Assembly: GCF_009914755.1 (NCBI RefSeq)
Contig: NC_060943.1
Source of the DNA: the human T2T-CHM13v2.0 reference genome, Homo sapiens
Reading direction: 5' to 3' (one strand)
Length of the DNA: 64,000 nt
A program made the position numbers and the translations under genes. The notes beneath the pieces were generated by a model. The model had not been told where the DNA came from. It made no database searches and saw only the letters and a list, made by a program, of their open reading frames with translations. The stretch's first letter is position 1, and each line of letters starts with the position of its first letter. Below, piece after piece: positions 46,642 through 59,189 of the stretch.

Positions 46642-47599
46642 TCAATGTGTTATATGTGATGGTCATTAATAGGTTAAGCATTTTTTACAAGTTTCCAAAA
46701 TATCTTTCTAACTTAATTCTTTTAATAGAAATAATTTTTAAATTTTATTAGATGTCTTTTGGCAATTGAGAATTTTTTTTGCTCTGTTCTATTAACATAC
46801 TGAAATACATTAATAGATTACCTAATATTGAATCACCTTTGTTCTTTTAAGAAGAAGTTTCCTTGGCCATGGTAGCATTTTGTATTATAAGACTGATTTG
46901 TTGCTCATATTCTAACACTTGAGAATTAAAATCTATACTCCTAAGTAAGAGATTCTGTGGTTTTCTTTTTAACTTTTGTCTCTGGTTTTAATATCAATAC
47001 TTTGACAACTTTCTTAAATAAATTATGAAGCACTTAACTTAGGGCTCTCCTGCTTATTGAAGTTTTGAATAGCTTGCCCATGTTTGAAAATTGAAAAACA
47101 TTTTAGAAGACAGTCTCCTACAGGTTTTTGTGTTTATTCTTCATTATTATTTTTTTAAGCACTGGGTATATTTAAGACCTATTAATTCTTTGCTTTCATG
47201 GATTAGAGTTTGTAGTGATTCCATTACCTTTATTTTCTAAATTTTCATTAGTTACAGATTTTTGGGCCCTTTTGATCAGTTATTTCTCCTCCAATTTAGA
47301 AGGCATAGATGGAGCTTTGCTAGGATATATACTATTTAATATCTATATTAATATTAATGTAGATATTAATTTTCTTAGCAAGAGGTACCTACCATCAGAC
47401 AGAACAATTTCTAGCAGAAATTCCTCAAGATTTATGACATGCATCTTTAAACTCTGACAGTGCTTTGATCATTTTATTGAGTCCTGGGAAAGAGGGTCAG
47501 AGACGACACAGCAATCCCCATGGTTTCCAGGACTCTGCTGTAGCTTTAAACTCTTCCCAGTGTTGATTTGACTTCCTAACTAGATTGCTCATTCTTCAG

Positions 47600-47912
47600 T
47601 TCTGAATCCAACACTCTCTTCCTCAAGGAGACATTTCCTGTTACATCCTCGGAGGTTTTGTTTCTTCCAATATGCCCTTCCTGGCATCCTGGACATCTTT
47701 TAAAATAATCTTCCTTCCCCTCTAGAGTGTAAGTTCCATGAGATCCAGCACTAAGTCTGCCTTGGTTGCTATCGTGTCTCCAGGGCACTGCCTGGCACCT
47801 GGTCTTTAGTAGGCTGTCCATACATTTTTGTCCTATGATTTCTAGAGGGCAGGGATTCTTACCATCCTTTGTCTCATTTCCCTGGATGCAGAGCAGATGC
47901 CCAATAAATACC
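47600..47912 (-). mobile_element. L2 3'-end fragments
   Basis: CTAGAGTGTAAGTTCCATGAG...TGCCTGGCAC; second tail AGGGCAGGGA...CAATAAATA. Confidence 0.6.
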
Positions 47913-49289
47913 ACATTTCAGAAAAATACATGGGATTGATTAGTTTTTCATTTTTCAGTGACTCTAACTCTTTAGAAACTGAGTTTTTCTCTCCTCTACT
48001 TTATGACTCAACAGCTGAAAGTGATCCACAGAGATGATTGGGCCTCAGCCTCTGACAGTAACATGTTGATGTTAATTCAGACACATAAATATCTAATTTT
48101 CAAAAAAAAATTCCAGGAAAATTGATTTTTTCTTAGCATTTTTTGAGTTCTCCTTAATTGTCACAAATATCTCTAAGAAAAAAAAAAGAGTTCTTCCTTA
48201 TGTCTAAGCTTATTCCTGCATGTTGCAATGTCAAGACACTGGTCTTTGTTTTCTCCCCGGGTATTTGTAGCTATTCCTGCTGTAATTACATCTTGGCCAA
48301 AGTTTTACTTGTCTGACAGTGAGAGAGACAGAAAGACAGACAGCATGTTCACCTTTAAACTCAAGGGAATCCCTCTTTTCCCTCGGAAGGTTAGGGGCAG
48401 ATCCAGCAAACAGAATTCTTAGCAAAGGCAAGGAATCACACACAGAAACTGCATCACAAAATTGTCTCCTGAAGTCATATCAGCCTTCCTTCAGAACTTG
48501 CAAAGGCCAAGCAGACAATTGCCTACGTGGCTTGGAAAATTTCTGACAGACTTTCTTTCCTCCAATTATTTTTTCTTCACAGTTTAAATTCAGGTCTCAC
48601 CATTTTATCTAAGGCACTGATTTATAGCTCCGAAGACTTCTGTGGTAGCATCCCCACGTCAACTGTCATGACACAGTGAGCCACGGTTAGTCTCTAATGT
48701 CTGCTTGCATTAGCAAAGTTCTGAGTGCATGATACTTAAGACTGGTAAGTTTGGAAGGAGACCAGGCAGTCGAAAATATAGGTGCTTAGTAGACTCTATT
48801 CTCAGGTAGCACAGGGTGTCTTCTTCAGGGGAATATGTGTCATCATGAAGTACAAGGAAGTCAATTTCTTAGAAATAGAACAGAGGTCCATGCAGGATGA
48901 GAGAATGCTCAAAGTTGAGACAGAGGGGCCTGGATGAGTCTGAATCTGTGATTGACAGTTGCAAAGAGGAATTCCTCTTACTTGGAAAGATGAGCCCCTT
49001 ATATTGGGATTCCTGCCCAACTCTGTATTAAGACGGTTCACAGGTTCATGGCTTACCAGTCCCTGGGGGCCTGGTGACCACCCGAAGATGGTTAAGATGG
49101 TTCTGTCCTAAAGAGCCCTGCACTGGCTTTGAAAAACAGTAAGATGCTCTCTGAGATACCTTCTGATACAATTATTCTAGAATGACAATGACCAGGGTGG
49201 CCCATACTAGAGGCTCTAAATGGATATAAGAAAACATCCATTTCTCTATCAGTCACCAAAACACAGGCTTTTAGTGGAATCCTTTAGAG

Positions 49290-49765
49290 TATGTGTTGGC
49301 CATCCTTTAATTGCCCATCAAAGTATCCATTTCCCTCACGTTCTTTCCCAATATCCCATCTTTTCCACTAGGGTTCTTATGGTTCTAGTGAAGATAAATC
49401 CATCCTCAGCTTTAGGCATGGAACAAAGGACCCCAGCTAAGACAACCAGGATACTCCATTGTCCTACACAGAGTGATTGTTTTAATGATTGGAACTCACC
49501 TTGGCTCATCCAATCAGGGGTTGTATGGGAAAAGAAAGATGTCCAGGGAATTGTAGGCAGTCAAGTTCATCTGTGAAGATGAGATGAGACCAATCTATAA
49601 AAGGCAGAGGCGAGACCTCAGTGATGTGTTTGAGCCTCTAGATTAAGCCTGAATTGAGTTCTGCCTAATCTCCAGACATTAATTAACTGATAAATTCTCT
49701 TCCCTGTGCAAGCCAGGTTGAGTTGGGTCTCTCTTCTTTGCAACCACATGTGCTCTAACTGATGA
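49290..49765 (+). mobile_element. Old MLT1 (MLT1J/K/L-like) LTR
   Basis: CCAATCAG...GTTTGAGCCTCTAGATTAAGCC...ATAAATTCTC...GAGTTGGG...TTGCAACC...CTAACTGA. Confidence 0.6.
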
Positions 49766-52189
49766 GCTTCTCTATGATGCCATGGCTCCCGTGCAAAGTC
49801 ATTACATGCTTTCTTGAACATTTATTTCAAGATTTGACAAGGGGCTTCTCCTCTCCTTGCGAGAAACACAAGCAGATAGATGTCTGGTTTGAGCGCTCCC
49901 TGGCGGAGGCAGGAACCCCACCTCACACCGGAGATTTCTCCTTTTGGTAGGCAGGGAGGCTGAAGATGGAAGCCCCAGCACTGGGACACCAACATCATAC
50001 CCCTCCCTCCCCCTCATCTGGCCACCAGCAACCCTGTCATTTCCCTGCCACTGGGCTGGCTCAGACAAAGCTGTCGTTGAAGAGATTACAGACAGATGCT
50101 CTGGCAGGATTCAAAGACCCCGTGGAAGGAAAGCAGTCAGGTTTTCTCTTAAGCGACAGCCATCATTTTCGGCAGGCAGGAAAATTGCAGGTTTGCCCTT
50201 CCCCAGTGCAAGCTATCTGAAGGTAAAACAATGGTGAGCAGCATGCGCTTGCCTCAAGGACGGAGGGGAGAGGAGAGAAGGCAACAGAAGGACTCCATCT
50301 CCTTTAATTTATTTTAATAAAGCATGGGTTTTCCAAAAGGCCAAAGGGCCTCATTTGCCACAGCATGGTTGGGATCCGCCAACAGCTTCCCCAAACCGCC
50401 TCTTTCCCCATAATTCAATCAGAGCTGCAGATGGAAGCACTCAGCTGGCCTCTCCATGTTCTTGGCCCTTCCTGAATCCCTCCTCTCCTCCTCTCACGGC
50501 CTCCACCAGAGAGGAAGGCTCACGCCTGCCAACAATCATGCCTCCTCATCCTTTTCTTCCTCCACATCCCTGAGCTCCCATGAGGGCCCCACCCAGGGCC
50601 TTCCCTGGCCGTCGGTCCTCAGTCTTCTCAGCCACAAACAAGGAGCAGGTGCATATCCTAGGGGGGAACAGGCAGGAGGGTCGCCAGGCAATGGAGCAAG
50701 ACCCCAGGTCCTGCTACTGGAGACAGGATAAATACCTGGAAGATGAGAGATCTGCAGAACTTGGATTCTCAGCCCAAAGACCACCATGCATGTCCTGGGG
50801 AGAGTTCTGAGTCACAGAGGATCAGCGGGCCTGTGCAACCTCAGGACACCGCTAGAGTGGAAAGCTTCCCCTGTGGGCTCTCCTCTCACTGAAACTGTCT
50901 GGGAGGAGCAAGGAATCAGAGTTGAAACTTCAGCAGGAGGGAAGCAGGGACAGGGCTGCTGCCTTTGTTCTCTATTAATGAGGAAGTGAAGGCAAAGGAC
51001 TCTGCCTCCAGTGACAACAGAGATTTCTTTAATCAGGACCTTATTTTCTACAGCCCCAGGTAGAAAAATTAACCCATCCGTTGGCTGTAAATGAACCAAA
51101 ATCCCCTCCCCAAGGTGTCCCATTTTGTCTGACTTCTTGCTACTTCTGCTCTTTAGGAAAGGTCGATAAGGTGGCATTCGTGTTTCTGGGCTTTGAAATT
51201 TGGAGGCAATCTGTGATGAAAGATGAAGAAAGGAAATAGTCTTTAAGAAAATTCCAGATGTCTGGAGCAATGGCTGAGACTAGGGGGTGGGGATGGTCAG
51301 TACTGGAGTGGTAAACGGTTTCAGAGCTCAGAAGTGGGAGTTTTATTACTGGCTGGAAAGGCTGGCGGTGGTAGTCAGTTTGAGATTGTTCTGTATTTTT
51401 TTTCCACTGTCACCCCAAGAGTGTATCATCCTCAAAATTAATTCAGTGAAACTGCTCACTCTCTCCTGCACTCATACCTCCCAGGCTGCTACATCTGCCT
51501 CTCTCTGTCCAGGGACCCTGGACCCCTCCACTGGCCTCGCTAAAATGTCTAGCTCTGAGCATCTCAGACACCAGCTTGTGTCCCATTGTCCTCCATATGG
51601 GCAGGATGTGCCACCACAAGCCATCTAAAATGAACACATTCTGAAGAATCAAAAGAAGAGCCCAAGTCGGGGTCACCCCATAGCCTAGTTTTTAAAGGCA
51701 TCTTGCTGTGAAGAGGTCATATCCTGGTGTAATGCTGGATAGTTCTTTTCTGAGACCAGCCAAGACACATAGTGGATCATAGCAATGAGGCTGCATAGAG
51801 AAGCTTCCTGGGAGCTAGAGACTTCAGACACTCTCCATTCATCTAACCCAAGCATTTCTTTCTTTGTGCTTAAGCACACTTGTACTACAGAGCAAATTGG
51901 GTCCATATGCACCATTTCTTGTAAACCCCAAGTAACCACATGCTGTTTTCTGGACCAGTTTAATTGCCCATGAAACCCTAGAGTTGTCTGTGGCATGGAA
52001 GGCACCCAAACAATCCTGTCACCATCACTGTCACAGACCACACCCTTGGCACGTGGGTGGGCAGGCATCACTGCTGACATGTGTGGCTTGCTGACTTTGG
52101 GTCCAAAACAGAAGGGCCATCACAGGCAGCTCTTATCTCTTTCTATTTCTTAAGGCAATGCTGCTATAAATGCCTGGATTAGGAGTGTG

Positions 52190-52640
52190 AAGACCTGATA
52201 TAGCCCCAGTTGTGAGATCTAAGGCAAGATCTTCACCTTCTGAACCTCAGCTCCTTCCTACTTCACATAGGTCTCATGATACCTGCTTCATTACCTCGAC
52301 AGTTCATTGCGAAGAGGATTGTGAAAGACAGAAGATGCACTTCTATCAATGCCTGCAAGGGTGAAAGCCCAGGTGGTAACCAACTGCCCTCTCTCCCTAA
52401 GACCTCTAGTCAACAGAGCAATATTGTCATTTGACATCAACACCATCAACAGCAGCAGCGTTCACTCACTGCTTTAAAGCCACACACTGCTTTCACCTGG
52501 ATTATCTCAAATATTCCTTACAACACCCAAGGGAAGACAGTGGGTGTGTTTCTGCCTTCCATTGAGAGGACCCCACGGTTCACGGAAACCCAGTGAGGTG
52601 CTTAAGACACTATGGCCCATGGAGTGTCAGGGCTACACCC
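52190..52640. mobile_element. Two MIR fragments
   Basis: GGCAAGATCTTCACCTTCTGAACCTCAG (+) and TCCTTACAACACCC...GAGGTGCTTAAGAC (-). Confidence 0.45.
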
Positions 52641-52878
52641 AAAGCCAGCCATGCACTCTTGACCTGTCTTCTTCACCACTGCATTTCCTCTGCTGGTTCA
52701 CACAGCCCTGGTACCACCTCAGAGACAGCAGGTGCTGAGATGGTGCTGGAGATGGCACACCTGCCCTATCAGCTCAGTTTCCCACCCTCTCTCATTGCTG
52801 CAGACCATACTGTCGCCCAGGACCTCTGTTCTCATTGCGTCTGGGAAGGAATGAGCCATCTATCCAAAGTTTTGAGAT

Positions 52879-53291
52879 TGTCTAAGTCTGTTTTCTGTTG
52901 CTTATAACAGAATATCTGAAACCAGGTAATTTATAAAGAAAAGAAATTTACCTCTTACAGTTGTAGAGGCTGAGAAGTCCAAGGTCTAGGGGCTGCCTCT
53001 GGTGAGGGCCTTCTTGCTGGTGGGGACTCTCTGCAGAGTCTTGAGGTGGTGCAGGGCATCACACTGCAAGGGGGCTGAGTGTGTTAGCTCAGCTGTCTCC
53101 TTCTCTCCTTATAAAACCACCAGTCCCACTCTCGTGATAACCCATTAATTGTTAATATATGAATGGATTAATTCATTCATGAAGGCAGAGCCCTCATGAC
53201 CCAATCACCTCCTCAAGGCTCCACTCAATACTATCACACTGGGGATATTTCAGCAGGAGTTTTGGAGAGGACAAATATTCATATCATTGCA
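52879..53291 (-). mobile_element. MSTC-like MaLR solo LTR
   Basis: TGTCTAAGTCTG...ATATCATTGCA termini; TSD GAGAT/AAGAT. Confidence 0.82.
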
Positions 53292-53476
53292 AAGATTAGT
53301 GCAAAACTTGGCTTTAATGGAATTCAGCATAGGCAACCCCCAGGCCAGCCCTGGGGCCATGGACAGAGGCTTCCAGCTGGTCCACAGAGATCAGCAGTGT
53401 TGTGATCCAGGTCTTCTATTTTAAGGGACATATATAAGACAGATGCAACCTGCTAGCTATGGAGACACAGAATTCA

Positions 53477-53798
53477 AGCCGGGCATGATGGCTTATGCCT
53501 GTAATCCCAGCACTTTGGGAGGCCGAGGCAGGCAGATCACGAGGTCAAGAGATCAAGACCATCCTGGCCAACATGGTGAAACCCCATCTCTACTAAAAAT
53601 ACAAAAATTAGCTGGGTAGCGGCGCGCGCCTGTAGTCCCAGCTACAGGAGGCTGAGGCAGGAGAATCGCTTGAACCCAGGAGGCAGAGGTTGCAGTGAGC
53701 TGAGATCGTGCCACTGAGATAGTGCCACTGCACTCCAGCCTGGAGACAGATCAAGACTGTCTCAAAAAAAAAAAAATGAAAGAAAGAAAGAAAGAAAA

Positions 53799-53854
<56 letters not shown>

Positions 53855-53871
53855 AAAAGAAAGAAAGAAAA
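53477..53871 (+). mobile_element. AluSc-like with (GAAA)n-expanded tail
   Basis: Body to about 53763; GAAA array at 53778-53871; TSD-like GARACACAGAWTTCA; internal 14-bp duplication TGAGATMGTGCCAC. Confidence 0.9.
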
Positions 53872-54420
53872 GAAACACAGATTTCAGCAAAAATGTGTGG
53901 GTTCAACTAGATAGACAGGGGATAGGAGAATCAGTTCTGGCTTCATTCAGGGCTGAAATTAAGTTGCCAGTTCTGACTCCCTTATCAAGTCCCTCATTGT
54001 CACAATATGCTTGGAGTTGCCTCCACCTCTGCAGGGCCTGGTTCACTTCTCATAGGAAGGGCACGTGTTCAGAAGCCCAGACACAAATATCACTGGTCCC
54101 ATTGAGTCAAGCAACCATGACATGGAAGTAATCGCTCTGCCTTGGAGAGAATAGACCAGGTGACTGGCTGCAGCCTGTGCTTCATCTATGGGGTGGGGTC
54201 AGGCTGAGGGAGAAGGACAAATCCATTGAAACCACATGGACAAACTGAGAGCAAAAGATGGGGAGTTCTTCAAGGGAAACTAAGATGGGCTTGCTAACAG
54301 ACAAGAAAATGCAGCCCAGGTATCCCAAAACCCCAATGTCCCTGAAGGCACAAGGAAACTCTCATCCTCTCTCTCAAGCACAAATATGAAAACGTTTTTT
54401 CTTTAGAAGGCCAGAGGGTA

Positions 54421-54710
54421 GGCCGGGTGAGGTGACTCACACCTGTAATCCCAGCACTTTGGGAGGCCTAGGCGGGCAGATCACTTGAGGTCAGGAGTTC
54501 CAGACCAGCCTGGTGAAAATGGTGAAACCCCATCTCTACTAAAAATACAAAAATTAGCAGGCATGGTAGCATGTGCCTGTAGTCCCAGCTACTCAGGAGG
54601 CTGAGGCACAAGAATTGTTTGAACCCAGGAAGTGGAGGTTGCAATGAGTGGAGTTCACACCACCACACTCCAGCCTGGGTGACAGTGATACTCTGTCTCA
54701 AAAAAAAAAA
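54421..54710 (+). mobile_element. AluS
   Basis: TSD AGAAGRCCARAGRGTA. Confidence 0.9.
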
Positions 54711-54931
54711 GAAGACCAAAGAGTAAACATTAGAGGCTTTGCGGGCCATAAGGTCTCTGTTGCAACTGCTCGAGTCTGACATTACAGTGTAAAATCAGCC
54801 AGACAACATGTAAACAAATGAGTGTGGCTGTCTTTCAACAAAACCTTATTTTAGGGACACTGAAATTTGAATTATATATCATTTTCACCTGTTAGAAAAT
54901 ACTACTGTTTTTTCAACCATTTAAAAATGTA

Positions 54932-55006
54932 TTAGGTTGGTGAAAAAGTAATTGCAGTTTTTGCACGGAAAGTAAAAGATTGGCAATTACTTTTGCACCA
55001 TCCTAA
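54932..55006. mobile_element. MADE1 (Hsmar1 MITE)
   Basis: TTAGGTTGGTGAAAAAGTAATTGC...GCAATTACTTTTGCACCATCCTAA; TA TSD at 54930-54931 / 55007-55008. Confidence 0.92.
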
Positions 55007-55203
55007 TAGAAAACATCCTTAGCACACAGGCCACACAGGCAGGCTGGGTTTGGCTCACAGGCAGTGATTTGCTGATCCTTGTTCCTGAACAAGGATTCTC
55101 AGGAGGTGGGAGGCAAGGATTAGGGCTTCTCTCACTGTCAAAAGGGCACACAGTCCAAGCGGAATTGTGCATCTAGGGAACACGGATAAGAAAGAGCTTG
55201 AAG

Positions 55204-55530
<327 letters not shown>

Positions 55531-58500
55531 ATTTTTAAAAGGCTTGAAGAGATCATCGGAACAAATTGAAATTCTTAGTTTGGTTAGCAATTTACCTATG
55601 TCCTCTTCTGTACTAATTTACAGAGAGAAGTCTATTAATCATTCTGGATGCAGAAAGGAAACCGCATTCTCAGCATAAACATAAATTATCAGCCTAAAAC
55701 TCAAATTCCTTCAGAGGGATGAGGCACATTGAAAGTTTCAAATAGCTCAAATAGAACAAATGGATAAGAAGAGATAATGCATCTTTTGAAATACAAACCT
55801 GAAAAGATGTTATGCTCAATTACACTGACAAAAGATTTGGGATCCAGCAATATCCTCTGTGGAATTCTGCAGCTAAACAGGAATGCTAAATCACAAACTC
55901 CAACTTAAGCAAGAATAATATAGCCTAAGCCACATTACACGCGCATCCGTTGGGAGGTTGAATCTGCTCTGATGTTTACAAAGTGCCTCTCTTCGTCCCT
56001 ATAAGAAAGTGGGCTTGCCTGCTAAGACCCATGCATCACCAAGCAGCCAGGCTTCCAAATTGCCCATCTGGGTGTCTTGGAAAGAAAGCAAGGTTAACAG
56101 AGGTCAAGAGAGTTCATGATGAGGCCTGGGGTGTGAAGGGGCGGGATCTGGACCCTTTGGAGGGAGGAGCCTCCATTCTAAGAAGCCAATGACAGGGAAA
56201 GAAGACACGGGGGAAGATGAAGACAAAAGGGAGTTTGAGTGTGGTTGGGGGTCCACAGTGCCACTTAGGCACAGGCAAGGAGAACCATGACACTGAACTC
56301 AGGCCACTCCAGCCCCAGCATGGCCCCAGCTCCTCGAGCTGGTACAGATTGTCCCATCCCTTGGAAGTCTCTAGTTGGCCTTCCTCAGCCAGTCTCGACT
56401 TCCCAAAGGGGAAGGCTTTGTCTCATCTGCTTCATTGCATCCCACAGCACAGCTGGCACACAGTAGCTACCCAGGAGGTGATGTCCTAAGAAGGGCATGT
56501 GTGTTGGGACATCAGAGGAACAGAAAAGAGATGCCAGGACCTGCAAAACAAGAGCTACCACTGTCACATTTTCCAGAAGGCAGGCTGAGATTCTACATGA
56601 ATTACCAGTTAGTGTCACAACACGTGTTGAAGGGCTGACTCTTGGAGTTTGTACCCTGGGTGTCCTGGGAGGGAGACAGATGGGTTAAAAGAAAAGAAGA
56701 GAAAAAAGAGATTCTGAAGAAATGGAGGGGTGGTTCTTCTCTGTGCAGCTTCAAAGCGCAAATCCAGGCCCTACAGATGTGTGCTGGAGGAAGATGGTTT
56801 GAGCTGCACATACGGTAAGGAGTAACAAGCTCGGCAATGCCAGCAGCTGCCTTATGGAGGATGGAGCTTCCCGCCACTGGAGCTGGTTGTGCAGTGGTAG
56901 GAAAATCAGCCCCAAGAGTGAGTGCAACCTGCAAGTAGGTAAAAGTAAGGACGTAAGTTGTGTGACCACATCTTGTGATTTCTGGTGTGTCCAGCTCACC
57001 ATAAGACCTGAACTGAGAAACAGACCCAGGAGGTAGAGAGAGCTGTGTTTAGTAGTTACGGCTGCTTACGCTGGACTGGAGGACATAGCTTGACCACCTA
57101 CCAATATTGGGCTTCCCAATTCTCCCCCAGCTCCATGCCTAGAGTGCGGTCCCTCATGTCAGGAATCTGGGTGTCCAGGGCAGATGTCTACACAGCCAGG
57201 GGCAGAGCATGGTGTGCTGTCTGATACTCCATGGAGCACAGATCTAGGAACTCCAGATGTGGGTCCCCCCTGCTTCAGGAGGCAGGCTGGGCCATGCCTG
57301 GTGTGCCTTCACGAGGCTGCAGGAGAGGAGAGGTATCCAGGCTTCAGGGGAGTCCCTCCCCACCCCATAAGAGAGACTAAGTAACGTGGTCAAAGAAAGG
57401 ATGGAAGCCACCTTCCCCACACCGAGCACTAGAGTCTCCCAGAAAAGGAAGGGACATTTACCCTCCTTGCAACAAGAGCTTTGCAGGGATGAATGGAATC
57501 CAGACCCATTCCTCAAGGGAGGCCATGGTCCTTGAAGTTTCCCTAGAAGGCACCGAGGACGCATGACAAGCAGCTCTTTAGCCATCTGCTGGGGAAATAC
57601 CAGAGTAAATTAAAACAAGAGTGGATTTGTGACTTCTGTCTTTTCCAAAAAGATAGTGTTGGCAGGTTTATGAGAAAACCATTCCCAAACACCTTGAATT
57701 TATATGGCACGCTTATTTCAAAAGCTCTTCCACATCTGTTAGCTCTTTGAAGCCCCTGGAGGCAGGTAGGGCAGGAAGGAGAACTGGGTGGAGGAACAGA
57801 ATCACAGAGGGGCTGGGCACCTTGCCAAAGAACTCTCGGCTCCCTGGGGAGAGGTGGGGGTGGCACCCTGCACCCTGACCCCTCATACATGTTCAGGGGC
57901 TGCTCCTTCTTGCCTGGAGAGCTCTGGCCAAGGGCATTATGTAATAAGGCTGGAAGCAAAGCGACCACTTCAGAGCAGGGCAGTCAAGTACAAGGAGGGC
58001 CCGGGAGCACCCCTTTCTCATACACAAACACAGCCCTGCACCCATGTGCCCTGCAAATTAGCCAAGGTTTACAGGTAAAGGAATAATGGCTCCTCAAACA
58101 GAAACAAACAGAGGCTGATTGACAAGGAGGCCCCTCATAATCAGTGCTACAGTAAACTCTACTAATTATGGTGTCAATTGGTAACATTATAAAGGTTGAA
58201 GCTACATAATGAAAAAAGAGCGTACACACAGGCAGAGTGAGTTCAGCAGATGTAATTACAGGGTGACATTATTGGCAAATAGTATTTTATGAGGTATTAG
58301 CAGGAATGTGGCATGAACACATTCCAAAACTTAACAGGCTCCTCAGAAGTGTAGGAACCCAGAACTGGCCAGAGACCCAGCCCCCAAAACTGTAGTTTGT
58401 CCAGCTGAGCATTTTAGGGGAGCCCCTGAGGTCTTCTTGCCATCTTCAAAAGGAGAAGACGCTTACAGGTGAATCCCTATCCTACCCTTGACATCTAATT

Positions 58501-58659
58501 CCTTACATGCTACATCATCTCCCTGTTCCTTGATGGTCCTGAGCTCTTTCATCCTCATATCATAAGATCTTGGACTATTCAAGCCAGAGGGCACCATAGA
58601 TGTCATTTACCTTGACAGTTACTCTACGGTGAGCATGGGGGAGGAACAGAAGCCTACCT

Positions 58660-58985
58660 GTTCATTCTAACAATATTTACTGGTGCCCAATAGTATTCAT
58701 GGAATTCTGTGCCAGGCTCCTGTTCTAGATATGCAGGCTATGGCCCTTGCTGTCATGGTGTTCACATTCTGTGGGAGATTGAAGAAAAACACACAAGATG
58801 CTATCAGGTGCTATGAGGAAAACTGAATAGAGTGATGTGATACAGGTGGCTAGAAGAGGATGGGCAGATTGAATGGGAGGTCCAGGAGACTGCTTTCTGA
58901 GCTGAGACCTACAGGAGGAGAGGAAACATGCCTTTTGAAGGACACCCAGCTCCCAAGCAGCAGAGCAAGGGCAGAACACAGGTGT
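58660..58985 (+). mobile_element. L2 fragment
   Basis: TTCATTCTAACAATATTTACTG...TGTGCCAGGCTCCTGTTCTAG. Confidence 0.6.
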
Positions 58986-59189
58986 CCTCACATGCAGCCC
59001 AGGGTCTTTCTATTGCATCAAGCATCCCCAACCACTACTTGAGCCGGAAGAGAAGAGACATTACCAACTCTAAGGATATGGGGGCGGCCATTGCATTGCG
59101 AAGGCTAAAGGAACATTAAAGATCAGGTGGTTCAAAATCCCTAATATGCAAAAGAATCACCTGTGTTATGTGTCATGAAGGAGCTGCCT

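Larger units (their letters stand above)
54380..55081. mobile_element. MER58B (hAT-Charlie) interrupted by an Alu and a MADE1
   Basis: AGAAGGCCAGA...GGCTTTGCGGGCCATAAGGTCTCTGTTGCAACT...TTTGCTGATCCTTG. Confidence 0.78.
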
